This document shows, in pieces, positions 45,135 through 55,865 of a DNA stretch of 64,000 nucleotides. Under the pieces are notes generated by a model. It had not been told where the DNA came from and did not search any database. It saw only the letters and a list, made by a program, of their open reading frames with translations. Within the stretch, counting starts at the first letter, position 1. Each line of letters opens with the position of its first letter. The position numbers were made by a program, and so were the translations under genes. This DNA comes from Prasinococcaceae sp. CCMP 1430 (taxonomy: Eukaryota; Plantae; Prasinodermophyta). The stretch is from assembly GCA_013416795.1 (NCBI GenBank), contig RQSC01000974.1, positions 42,854 to 106,853 of the forward strand. The letters run 5' to 3'.

Positions 45135-47351
45135 CCCGCCGCGCGGAGATTGGCGCCTGCGCTCGACTTTCCCGCGCCCGCGCTGACCGCTGCCGCCCGC
45201 GCGATCGCGCGCGCGCTTCCGCGTCCGTCCGCGTCCCCTGCGCGCCCCGCAACAGCCGCGCCCAACGTTGGCCGCCGCGGCCACTGGAATGCGTACTACG
45301 ACCAGGCGTCCGCGACGTACGCGCTCGACAAGAACGACCCCAATTACGACTCGGAGGATGACGCGCCGATGCCATCGACGCCTGTGGCGCGCGGGCGCTC
45401 GGCGTCGCTGCGTGGCGAGGAGCGCCTCGCGGAGTACAAGCGCGGCGCGGCGGACATCGTCACCGAATACTTCAGCAGCGGCGACGCCACCGAGGCCATC
45501 CGGGCATTCAAGGAACTGCGCATGCCCGCGCTGGCGCACAACTTCGTGAAGCGCGCCATCAGCATGAGCCTGGACAAGGCCGCGCGTGAGCGCGAGCTGA
45601 TTGCCGTGCTGCTCTGCGCTCTCTGCGGCGAGGGTCTGTACACCGAATCGGTCGAGCGCGGCTTCATGATGCTCATGGAGTCCATCGAAGACCTCGAGCT
45701 CGACGTGCCCGCCGCCAAGACCGAGCTCAGCGTCTTCGTTGCGCGCGCCGTCGCTGACGACATCTTGCCCATGGACTTTCTCTCGAAGAGCCGGGTGATG
45801 AGCAAGCCCGAGGCGGAGCGGACGCCCGTGGAGGACGTGCTCGCGCAGGCGCACGGCCGCTTGCGTAGGGAGGGCTCGCTCGCGAGCGAGCTCTCCTCGG
45901 TCGCCGAGGTCTACGCGTACTGGGGTGGCGGCGAGAGCGAGATCGCGCGCGCCAAGCGCGTGATCGCCGAGGCGCTCGCCGAGTACATCGACACGTCGGA
46001 CGTCGCCGAAATCTCGATGCGCCTGCAGGGGCTGCGCATGCCGCACTTCATGCATGAGGCGGTCAAGTCTGCCCTCACGCTCGCCATCGAGAAGGACGCG
46101 CGCATCCGCGACCTGATGCTCGAGCTGCTCGAGCGGCTGCAAGAGTCGGGGCACATCAGCACCTCGCAGATGGCCAAGGGCTTCGCGCGCATGCAGGAGC
46201 GGACGCCGGACCTTGAGCTCGACGTGCCGGGCGCGGGGAAGCAGTTCGAGGCGCTCGTGCGCGCCGCGCGCGAGGCCGAGATCCTGCCTTCGAAGCGTCG
46301 CGCCGAGCGCGGGACCGACGGCCCCGTTCTGCCCGCCAGCGTGGTTGCCTTCAAGGCACGCTCCGTTGACATCGCGCGAGAGTACTTCTCGGCGTGTGAC
46401 ACGCTAGAGGCCGTGCGGTGCCTGCGCGAGGCAGTTGCCGACGCTGGCGCTGCCGAGGACCTCGTCAAGCTTTTTGTCAAGCGTCTGGTCGTGCTGGCCC
46501 TCGATCGCGGCAACCGCGAGCGCGAGCTGTCGGCGCTACTGCTGTCGGCGCTGTACGATGCCGGAGTGGACGCCCCGCAGCTTCGCGACGGCTACAGCCT
46601 GCTGGTCGATGCCGTGGAGGACCTTTCGCTCGACGTCCCGGACGCCGTGCAGCAGCTCGCTCTCTTCCTCGCGCGCGCGTGCGTCGATGACGTCGTGCCG
46701 CCCGCATACGTGGCGTCGCTGGCGACGGAGCAAGACGGCGCCGCAGCTGAGGTCGGTCTTGCAGCCGCTGGCATGCTGCGCGCGCGCCACGGAGCCGAGC
46801 GTGTGCTACAGGCGTGGGGCGGCGCGGGCGCTGCACACGCGAGCGCGGCGCACGCCGTGAGCCGCATCGACGAGTGCCTTGCCGAGTACGCCTCGACGGC
46901 CGACGTGGCCGAAGCTTCCAAGTGCCTGCGCGAGTCGCAGCCTCCATTCTTCATGCACGAGGTTGTCAAGCGCGCGCTCACGCTGGCCATCGAGCGGCGC
47001 GATGCCAAGGTGGCGACGATGGTCATCGATTTGCTCGCTGCGCTCTCAGAGAGCGGGCTGGTGACCGTCAACCAGATGGCCAAGGGCTTCATGCGCGTCC
47101 ACGAGCGCGTGCCTGACCTGGAGCTCGACGTGCCCGATGCGAAGGAGGCTTTCATCGCGCTGGTTGGCGTGGCTACTGACCGCGGGATGGTCCCACGCTC
47201 GCTTTCCGCCCAGCTCGATCCCCGGGGGGGCACGGCGGAGGAAGCTTCCGCCGGAGAGTCCGCCGACGCCGCCGACGCTCGTGCCGCCGCGGAGCGCGCC
47301 AGCTCGCCACCCGCCTCTCCGCCCTCGACAAAGGGATGCGTTGCGAGCTAG
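45135..47351 (+). CDS. Four-MA3-domain translation regulator (plant MRF/ECIP1, PDCD4-like); start in the gap
   Basis: LDKNDPNYDS motif, then four repeats starting EYFSSGD / EYIDTSD / EYFSACD / EYASTAD, with DLELDVP and FMHEVVKRAL motifs. Confidence 0.92.
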   Translation, partial: PAARRLAPALDFPAPALTAAARAIARALPRPSASPARPATAAPNVGRRGHWNAYYDQASATYALDKNDPNYDSEDDAPMPSTPVARGRSASLRGEERLAEYKRGAADIVTEYFSSGDATEAIRAFKELRMPALAHNFVKRAISMSLDKAARERELIAVLLCALCGEGLYTESVERGFMMLMESIEDLELDVPAAKTELSVFVARAVADDILPMDFLSKSRVMSKPEAERTPVEDVLAQAHGRLRREGSLASELSSVAEVYAYWGGGESEIARAKRVIAEALAEYIDTSDVAEISMRLQGLRMPHFMHEAVKSALTLAIEKDARIRDLMLELLERLQESGHISTSQMAKGFARMQERTPDLELDVPGAGKQFEALVRAAREAEILPSKRRAERGTDGPVLPASVVAFKARSVDIAREYFSACDTLEAVRCLREAVADAGAAEDLVKLFVKRLVVLALDRGNRERELSALLLSALYDAGVDAPQLRDGYSLLVDAVEDLSLDVPDAVQQLALFLARACVDDVVPPAYVASLATEQDGAAAEVGLAAAGMLRARHGAERVLQAWGGAGAAHASAAHAVSRIDECLAEYASTADVAEASKCLRESQPPFFMHEVVKRALTLAIERRDAKVATMVIDLLAALSESGLVTVNQMAKGFMRVHERVPDLELDVPDAKEAFIALVGVATDRGMVPRSLSAQLDPRGGTAEEASAGESADAADARAAAERASSPPASPPSTKGCVAS

Positions 47352-47908
47352 GCCAGCGCCCGAATCCGGGCGCGGAGCCAGCCGGCGAGCGAGCAGGCGC
47401 TTGGGCCCCCGCCGCAATGTAAAAAGCAAAGAGCAGCTGGTGATGCCGGCGCAACAACAACGTGGCCGACGCCTGGCGCGCGCCACCCGCCGCCGCGCGC
47501 ACGGGCAGGCGCGCAGGTCGCCCCCCCCATCACCCGCCGCCGCACTGAGAGCGCGCCACCGAGCCACCGCGTCCGACGTGGAGACCGCACAGCTCGTCCT
47601 CGTACACGCACTAGAACTCGGCGATCTCGATCAGGATCAGCTCGATGTGTCGAGGTCGACATCGCTCGGTCGATCCCCTGCACGCCGCGCCGCCCGGCAC
47701 AGGGGCGCGCAGCGCAGCGGAGGCGTGTTGCGGGGCGCTGTCGCGGTGCTCGAGAGCGCGAGCCAGGACGCAGCCAGGGAGCAGAGCGGCATGGCGGGTG
47801 TGGGGGTTGGGGTGGGAGGTGTGGCGGCGGCGACGGCCGGGTGCGCGCGAGGCGGCGCGCGGCGCAGCGGGCCTGGCTGGCGGGCGAAACGCCGAGGCCT
47901 CTCTAGTT

Positions 47909-49548
47909 TTACATGCGGATCTCGTAATCGCCCGCGACGGTGATATAGCGCACCCAAGGCAGCGCCGAGTAGCCTGTTCCGGTGGCGACGACGAGAGCAG
48001 GGGCGGCAATGGGCATGTACCAGCGCACGCGCGTCCGACGTCAGCGCGAGCGCCATGGACGGACGCATCGTGCAATCTGAGCACAGGCGGCGCTTCGGGC
48101 GGGCGCGCGACGAATGCCTGGGGACGCACCTTCCTTGGCGACGATCTTGAGGTAGCGCACCTGGATGCCAGACACCGTGAAGTACGGGATCTCAAACTTG
48201 ACGCGAATGGGCGGCTTCTTCTCGGCCTCGTCGTCGGCCTGCACGCTGGGCAGCGAAAACTTGGCGCGCAGCACGTACTCCTTGCCACCGGGCATCGACT
48301 TGATCTTCCAGAGCAGCGCCTCCTGCTCGGGCGCGTACGTCGCTTCGCCGACAGACGTGCGCACAGCGGGGGAGGTGGCGTCGGGGTGCACGGGCAGCTT
48401 GATCTCGACCGCGTTGGCGCTCGAGCGCTCCTTGAACTGGCTCTTGGCCTTGACGAGGTACTCGATGCGCGAGCGGCCGTGCCGCTCGACACGGCACTCG
48501 ACCCAGATGAGCGGGCGCTGCGTTCGCGAAGGAAGCGCAATGCGTCAGCCTCGAGTGGGCGCAGCGACGCGCTGTGCGCGCACGCGTGCGGGCGCGCGGA
48601 TCGCACGCGCGGCGCACGCACCACTTGCGTGTTGAGGCGGTACGTCATCACGTCGAAGGCGCCGTCGGGCGGGATGAACGCGATCGTGCGGTCCTTCTCG
48701 AAACGCGCTAGGCGCACGCATTGGTGAAACTTCATGTCCTCCAGATCCACCGCCTTGCCCCTCCCCCCAGCGCGCCCCTGCGACTCCATGAGCACCTTGT
48801 CGTTGAGGCCCAGCTTGCACTCGGGCATGCCGCTCAGGAAGGCGCGCATCTTGAGCGCTCCGCACACCTCAGATCGCACGACCGACCCGTTGGAGTTCAC
48901 TAGGAGGTTGACACTCTCCACCACGTCAAGGAAGACCTCATTCTTCTTGTACGTGATCCCCTCCTGCCGCCACGACACCGCGTTGGTCACCGCCATCGGG
49001 GCCTTGACGTCCGACTTCTCCGCCGCGTGCGCGTCCGTCTTGATAAACTCCGCCAGGATCTTGGCCTCGCAATACTGCGGGTATCCAAAGTCCATCACCT
49101 CATCCAGCAGCTCGTACACAATCACAAAGTTGTCCCGCAGCACCTCCTCGTCGAGTTCGTTGAAATAGGAGACGAAGACGTCGCAGAGGCGGTGCAGGAA
49201 GAGGAGGATGGCCGCCGCGTTCACGTTGGTGTTGGCGCACGCCATGACGTACAGGTTGTTGTGCTGAATGTAGGTGTACGTCACGCCATCGTCGTACATC
49301 ACCGGCCGGAGCTCCGATTCCGAGTCGGCCTCGTTCAGCTTCTGGATGAAGGTGTCCGCGCACTTCAGGGGGATGTCACCTCGATAGTCCCGACAGATCA
49401 GCACACGGCCCTTCGTGTCCAGGAAGAAGAGGGCAGAGATTGCGCCGCAGCCCGACGTCTCGGGCACGGGCGGAGCCACTACGCGCGACTCCCCCGCAGC
49501 TGGCGCTGCTGGCGCCGCGGGGAAGCCCATGCCCAGTAGGTCGTCCAT
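47909..49548 (-). CDS. AP1M: AP-1 adaptor complex mu subunit
   Basis: Exons 49548-48622, 48517-48130, 47973-47909. RDYRGDI, LRDNFVIVYELLDEVMDFGYPQ, NAVSWRQEGITYKKNEVFLDVVE, FHQCVRLARFE, FEIPYFTVSGIQVRYLKI, YSALPWVRYIT. Confidence 0.96.
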
Positions 49549-49599
49549 GCCGAGCAAAACTCTGTGCCTAGGCTATCACACGGGCAGCCGCGCAGGCGC

Positions 49600-49821
49600 T
49601 CACTTGTTCGCGGCGTCCGTCGCGGCAGCACCTGCAGGATGCTTCGCGGCGACGCTCGCGAGGCTCTTCAGCACCTGGTTGGTCGCGGTGGGGACCACTC
49701 CGATGCGCGTCAGATCAACGAGCACGCCAAAGACCTCGTCGCTCAGGTCCACCCCGCTCAACTTCGTGAGGGCGGCAAGCTCGGCCTTGCCTGCGATCGA
49801 AGGTGCCAGCGGGCGTGCCAT
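49600..49821 (-). CDS. MZT2: MOZART2/MZT2-like microprotein (73 aa), gamma-tubulin ring complex accessory
   Basis: ELAALTKLSGVDLSDEVFGVLVDLTRIGVVPTATNQVLKSL aligns by eye to human MZT2 ELYELAQAAGGAIDPDVFKILVDLLKLNVAPLAVFQMLKSM, recalled from memory. Confidence 0.72.
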   Translation of the reverse strand: MARPLAPSIAGKAELAALTKLSGVDLSDEVFGVLVDLTRIGVVPTATNQVLKSLASVAAKHPAGAAATDAANK

Positions 49822-51288
49822 GTTGGGGAGGGGAAACGGGGGGGGGGGGGGGNNNNNNNNNNNNNNNNNNNNNNNNNNNNNNNNNNNNNNNNNNNNNNNN
49901 NNNNNNNNNNNNNNNNNNNNNNNNNNNNNNNNNNNNNNNNNNNNNNNNNNNNNNNNNNNNNNNNNNNNNNNNNNNNNNNNNNNNNNNNNNNNNNNNNNNN
50001 NNNNNNNNCGCGCTGTGGCGGGAGGCTGCCGCCCCCGCGTGCCGCGCGGGTGTTGGCCGCGTGCGTGCGACGACGCACGCCGCGCGCGCTCGAAAAACGA
50101 AGCACACAAAACACGGAACGAATTCGGAAGGACACACGACCCACGCCCGCGAAAAATGATATCAAATGTAAATCTATACACATTCGGCGCTAGCGGATTT
50201 GATGCGCATCGAACCGCCGATTCGTACGGATTGAATTTGGGCGCGCGGCGTGCGCGGCAAGGCGAGTGCATTCTGATGGGAACCGCGGCCGGGGACGCAT
50301 GGTGCGGAACTCCGGGTTTGGAGTGGCCGTGGGCAGGACATGGGCCATGCCGCCCACGTGTGCCTGCCAGGCACGCGCTGGACTGCCACCCACGTGGGCC
50401 ACGGCGGCGCGTCCGCGGTGCACACATGGGACGCCGCTCCCGCTAACCCGCCGCATAGCACGAGCATGTCGCCCGAGCGCACGCCGAAGCGCATGTACGC
50501 CATATCGATGAACTTATAGCGGAGCGCAAGCATGGCGCCGATGCGGCGGAGGCAGCGCCAGACACGCGGTTGGACGCGTACGGCCGGCCATGCGAGACCC
50601 GCGGCTGCCTGCCAATGCCGATGATGACCCGCCTCTGGTTTACACGCCGGTGCTGTTCGACTCCAAGATGGTGGCGTCGCTGCTCTTCGCCGACATGGAC
50701 ACACGGGAGGCCTTTCCGGCTTGCCCAGAGTGCCCCGGCACGTGCGGCAGGCCGCCGTTGCCCTCGCGTGCTCGTCCCCACGCGCATCGCCACGCATCGC
50801 CACCGGGCCCTCGAGGTCGTGGCGCTTCAAGCCCGCGCCCTGCACCCAGTCACAACGTGGCTCATCACGCAAGCCCCACCCCATGTGTCGTCCACCGCGA
50901 GGAGCCGTGGCGCGCCGCGAGGAGCCTTTTTCAATCCACGGAGATCAGCCGCACATCTCTGTTTTTCTGCATATCACTATGAATATGACCCAATAATTTC
51001 CCGCATTAGAATCATCCGAACGGGAGATTCTGTGTTCTTTCCTGGTACAGTACCCTGCACATGACATAACCCCAAATACTAACCCTAACCGCGGCCTTAT
51101 CCGGGCGGCGCACGTCGCGTCGCCGCGCGGCGGCGGCGCCACAGCGGGCGGCCTGGGCGGCGACCCGTCCAGTCCAGCCACCGCCAGTCCAGCCGTGGAG
51201 AGGGCGCGAAGGGCGGCGCGCCGGCCGGCCGGCTGGCGGCGACCAGCGAGCACCTGAGGGCCGTCGAAGGGCGCGGAGGACGACAGCC

Positions 51289-52222
51289 ATGGCGCCGTGC
51301 ATGACGCGGCGCCCCGGGAGTATCGTTGCGCACCGGTGTGCGACGCCGGTCGCTGCGGCTGCAGGGCGGCGCAGGCGGTTGCCTCCGCTCGCGCGCGCAC
51401 CCGCGCCACGCCGCCGTGCGCGCCGGGCGGCAGCGTGGGGCGACCCGCGCGGCTTTCCTGGCCATGGACCGCGCGGGAGCGTCTGCCGGGGCGCAGCAGA
51501 CGCCGGGTCTGGCGAGGCTGCAGCGGCGGTGGCGAGCGAGGAGCACGCAGCGCGGCCGGAATCTACCCGCTCGCAACAAGCAGCGGCGCAGCCGCCGCCT
51601 CGCACCTTGCCCAAGGGATACACACTACGGGGCGCGCGCCGCACCGACGTCTCGGCGCTCTGCAGCCTCGTGATGCTCGAGAGTGCCGAGGCGCGCAACG
51701 GCTGGGGACGAGAGGCTCTCGAAGCGGAGTTTGACAATCCCGTGTGTCGCATCGTCGTGGCCGAGTCGGCCATGGGCATCATCGACGGCTTTGTCGTCGC
51801 GTGGTTGGTTGCGGGCGAGGTGCAGATCTTGAACCTCGCGGTGCGTCCGTCGAAGCAGCGCATGGGCATCGGCTCGGAGCTCGTGCGTCAAATGGTGTCC
51901 CTCCGCGAGAACGGACTGCCGGCTATCCTCGAAGTTGCAGAGGACAACGTCGCCGCGGTCGCGCTCTACGAGCGGTGCGGCTTCGTTCGAGCGGGAGACA
52001 TCAAGGTGCGCGTGCCAGTGCGCGCACGCGCGTGCGCACACTCGCGTTGTTCGCTACGGCCGCTGACTGGCGCTGTGCCCGCCCCCCACAACCCCCACTA
52101 AACCCGCCCTCTGATGCACGCGCGGTGTCGCCCGCCGCTCCACGCACGCGCCGCACCACCTGTGGCTGCGTCAGGGGTACTACCGAGACGGATCAGACGC
52201 GCTCATCATGCGCATCGATTGA
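51289..52222 (+). CDS. rimI: RimI-like GNAT N-acetyltransferase with transit-peptide-like N-terminus
   Basis: EVQILNLAVRPSKQRMGIGSEL, ILEVAEDNVAAVALYERCGF. Exon 2 (52175-52222) gives GYYRDGSDALIMRID*. Exon 1 ends at 52005. Confidence 0.85.
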
Positions 52223-52250
52223 TTAATTGTGCTAGCTACCTCTAGAGCTA

Positions 52251-55104
52251 CTAGTCTTCGTGGCCGCGCCGCGTCAGTAGACCGCCCGCACCCTTCTTCG
52301 CACACGTTGCGCACGCCAGTGCGAGCACCACCAATGCTAGCACGCCGGTGGTACTCGTGCTGACCTCGCGCGCATACACGAGCTTGTGTCGCGCGATGGC
52401 CTCGTCAACCTTGCGCAGGCTCTCCTCGAGCGCGGCGCCGCCCTTGGTGCGGTTGTGAACCCACGCCAGCCGCACCAGCTCGCCCTTCGCAGCGAGCGCG
52501 ACGGCACCCACGTGTGCTCGATACTCCGCTGGCGTCGCGATGGACGCGCCCTCTGGGCGCACGACGTCGTCTAGGACGGAAATCATGCTCGAGAGGAGCT
52601 GCTCCTCCTTGGCATGGTACTTGCTAGCCATTAGCAGCAAGTGGTGGGCCATCGGCGCCTTGGACATCGCAGCGATATCAGCGCGCACTGCCTCGACAGT
52701 GTCGGCGACCCATACCAGGAGGCGCTGCTGCTCGCTTTGTTCTAGGAAGCTGGCATTGCGAATGCCCTCTGCCACCCTCAGCTCGCAGCTGACGAGGGTC
52801 TCCTTGGCCTCGAGAGCGGCCACTTCCCCCGCCTCCCAAGGGTCGCCCTTGTCATCGCGCGAGTCGGTCGATGCGTAGGCGGCGCGCGTGGTCGCGCAGA
52901 CGCGCACGACGTTCGAGGACAGCACCCTGATGTCCTCGAAGACGGATTCCAGTACGTCGATCGTCTTCGACGCCCGGTAGTGGGACGACCTGGCAGCCTT
53001 GTCACCGCGTTCATCCAGACCGGCCCATCCCCTGACTGTGTGGACAGCATTCTCGATCCTTGCTCGCGCTCGCTTGACATCCGGTATCGCCTGCCGCGCG
53101 GAAAAGACCTCGCCGTTCTTGTTGTTGCAGCCCTCCGTGGCGAGCGGCATCAGGGCATTCATGAACGCCTCCAGCATCTCAGCGCGCACCTCAGTCCCGG
53201 TGTCGTCGATGGTGTGCTCAGCGTTCCAATGGAAGTTGTCCGCCACAATTGAAGCAACTGTCGCCTTGCTCTCGGCCATGAGCGCAGCCATGCGCCCCTC
53301 GAGCGCGCCAGCATCGCACTCAATCTGAGCGGCGCACACGGCGCGTAGCTGCGCCACGTGGGCATCGAATGCCACACGCGATGCGTTTGCGAAGCTGTCC
53401 ACACCGTATCGGATGCCTGGCGCGCAGCACTCGCCCGCTCGCTGCCTGGAGTCCATATTGCGCACCGCCGCGAGCGCGTCTTCGAGCTCCGTTGCGAAGC
53501 CCTGCACGATCGGCTCGGTGAGCAGGCTCACGTCCTCATCGAGGAAGGCGGCCAGGTCGCCTGCCGCGCGTGCCGTTTGGGCTTGCAAGGCGTCCTCGAG
53601 GCGCGATCGTTTCGCCGCGAAGGCGGCCTCTGCGCCGTAGCAGGATCCCAAGAGGTCCCAGCGCTCCGAGGTCGCTTTTGCGGCGGCGCCCAGCGCAGCC
53701 CTCACAGTCTCGGCGCCAGCATCTGCGTCGGAGAGTGAGTGCGCCACCTGCCTGAAGGCAGCCAGCTCGATGCTGTACATGTCGGCCACGCGCATCATCG
53801 ACACAGCTTGAAGCTCGCCCTCGCCGGGTCCACTGCTCGACGTGCCGCTGTGCATGATTGCCGCGTCCAATGCGCACGCGGCCCTTGCGGCAACCGCATT
53901 GTCGAGCGTCGCCTGGTCGAGGGTGGCCTGCACAACGTCCGTCGCGACGGTGAGTGCCGCGCGCCGCACGCTCGCCGCGTCGGCCGAAGCGCGAACGATG
54001 CTGCGCACCGTGAGAGGCGGAGCGCTTGTCTCGCTCTCGCCAGGCGCGTCGAGCGCTTCGCCGCGCGACGAGGAACGAAGCACGTCAAACGCTCGGCGGT
54101 ACAGCTGCGCGCTCGGCCACGACCCGTCGGCCATTTCCTGCTCGCTCAGCTCCGCAAGCACCCACAAATGTGCGCTCCCACTCCTGCGCAAGCGCCGGCC
54201 GGGCAGGGCATCGCGGGCTGCTGTGACGACACGGCGGACAGCAGCCATGTCCGGGTCGGCACTCGGGCGTATGCGCAGCACGATGGCATCGCACAACACT
54301 GCAGCTGCGCGCAGTGCGGCATTCGCAGCACCCCCCTCTCCCCACACCGACGCGCGCACGACGCCCAGGGTGCGGCTTTGCGGCAGTGGGTGCATGTGCG
54401 ACATGAGCTGCGCCTCATATCCATTGCCCGCGCCAAAGCCCGCGCCTGCGCTCCTGACTGCCACGAGGGCGGGATCCACACCAGCGAACGGGGGCGCGAG
54501 GAGCTGGCGCTGCGGCCCTGCGTCGGAGACGGGTCGGTGGGTCTGGCTGGCGAGCTCGGCAACAGCATCGCCTAGCGCGGTGGCGAAAGCGTCCACCATC
54601 CCGCTCGAATGCTCAGCGCCATCGTCCACGATGCCTACGAGCACCGCCGGCTGCTGCGCACCATGGAAGGCTTGAAGCGCTTCGGGTGACAGGCGTGCAC
54701 GGCCTTGCAGCGTACGCGGGCGAACACGCGTGGGCGGGACGCACGGGGGCGAACAGGGGCGATTCACGAGACGTCAGTCATTTGAGCGATCATGTCGCTC
54801 TCCGCTCGCGGCTCGAACGCGCGAGTGCTGCTCGGCGCAGACAGTGCGGCGCACCTGAGGTACTGTTGATGGCTAGCAGCGGCACAGAGGGCGGCGTTCC
54901 GGCGCCTGTGCTCGATGGGGAGCGCTCCGCTTGTCCAGCTCCTGCCCTGAGCGTTTCGCCCGCCGAACGCACCGGCAGGAGCGCCGCCACGCAGGCGGCC
55001 GCGATGGCCATGAGCGCAGGCGCGAGCAGGCGCGTGGCCCCCACGGAGCGGCGCGCAGCGCGCAGCTGCTGCGCGCAGCTGCGCGCTGGCGCCAGCTCGC
55101 CCAT
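52251..55104 (-). CDS. GBP/atlastin-like degenerate GTPase-fold protein with N-terminal signal/anchor, long helical region and C-terminal TM
   Basis: Exon 1 55104(or 55011)-54855 and exon 2 54703-52251 splice to PLLAINSTSGRARLSPEALQAFHGAQQPAVLVGIV, resembling GBP1 PVCLIENTNGRLMANPEALKILSAITQPMVVVAIV as recalled. C-terminal GVLALVVLALACATCAKK. Confidence 0.6.
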
Positions 55105-55865
55105 GCCTGAGCGCAGCGGCCACTTCCCCCCTGCTCCGCCTCCCGCCCTCGATGCGCCCGCGCGTCCGCGTCGACGCCCGCTTCCACCTGTGCGTCGGAC
55201 GCGTACGCTGTTGTCCCGCCCCGCCTCCCCGGCGCGCCGGTCTCGCCAGCTCAGCGCTCGTCCGCGGCGGTCGAGCCCCCCATGCGTCGCCCCGCGCGCC
55301 CGCCCGCCGCCCCCGCCCGGGCGAGGCCACCAGGCGCGACCCATGTTGCGGCTGCTGTGCCCCTTGTTGGCCACCGACTTGACGCGCTCCAGGTACACGC
55401 CCGCACCCCCCGACGCCGAACTGACCGGCGGGCGCGCCATCCCCGCGAGCGGCCGCCCGTGCCCCGGCAGTGGGGGCAGGTCGCCGCCCTGCGGTGCGGC
55501 GAGGCGAGCAACGGCCCCCCCTCGCCGCCCGCTCTTGCCGCGCCCGTCAAAAAGCGCGCACTCGCTCGAAAAAAAACACGCGCGCGCGCTGGCGCCACTC
55601 GGCCGCGGCGGCGGAGCAGCGGGCGCCGGGGGGAAGCGAGCGGCGAGCGGCGAGCGGACGCGATGGAGGGGTGTGTGCGGCGTGTGTGTGTGTATGGCGG
55701 TGGTGGTGGTGGGGGGGAGGGACGATGCGTCAGCTGCAGCGCCCAGAGCAGGCATGCGCGGAGGTGGAGCGCTGGCGCTAGCGCCGCGCGCTTCGCCCTG
55801 CACCATGCTGCCCCGCGCGGCCGCGCTCGGCGCCCCCCCCCTCGCGGGGAACTTTTTTTTTTTAA

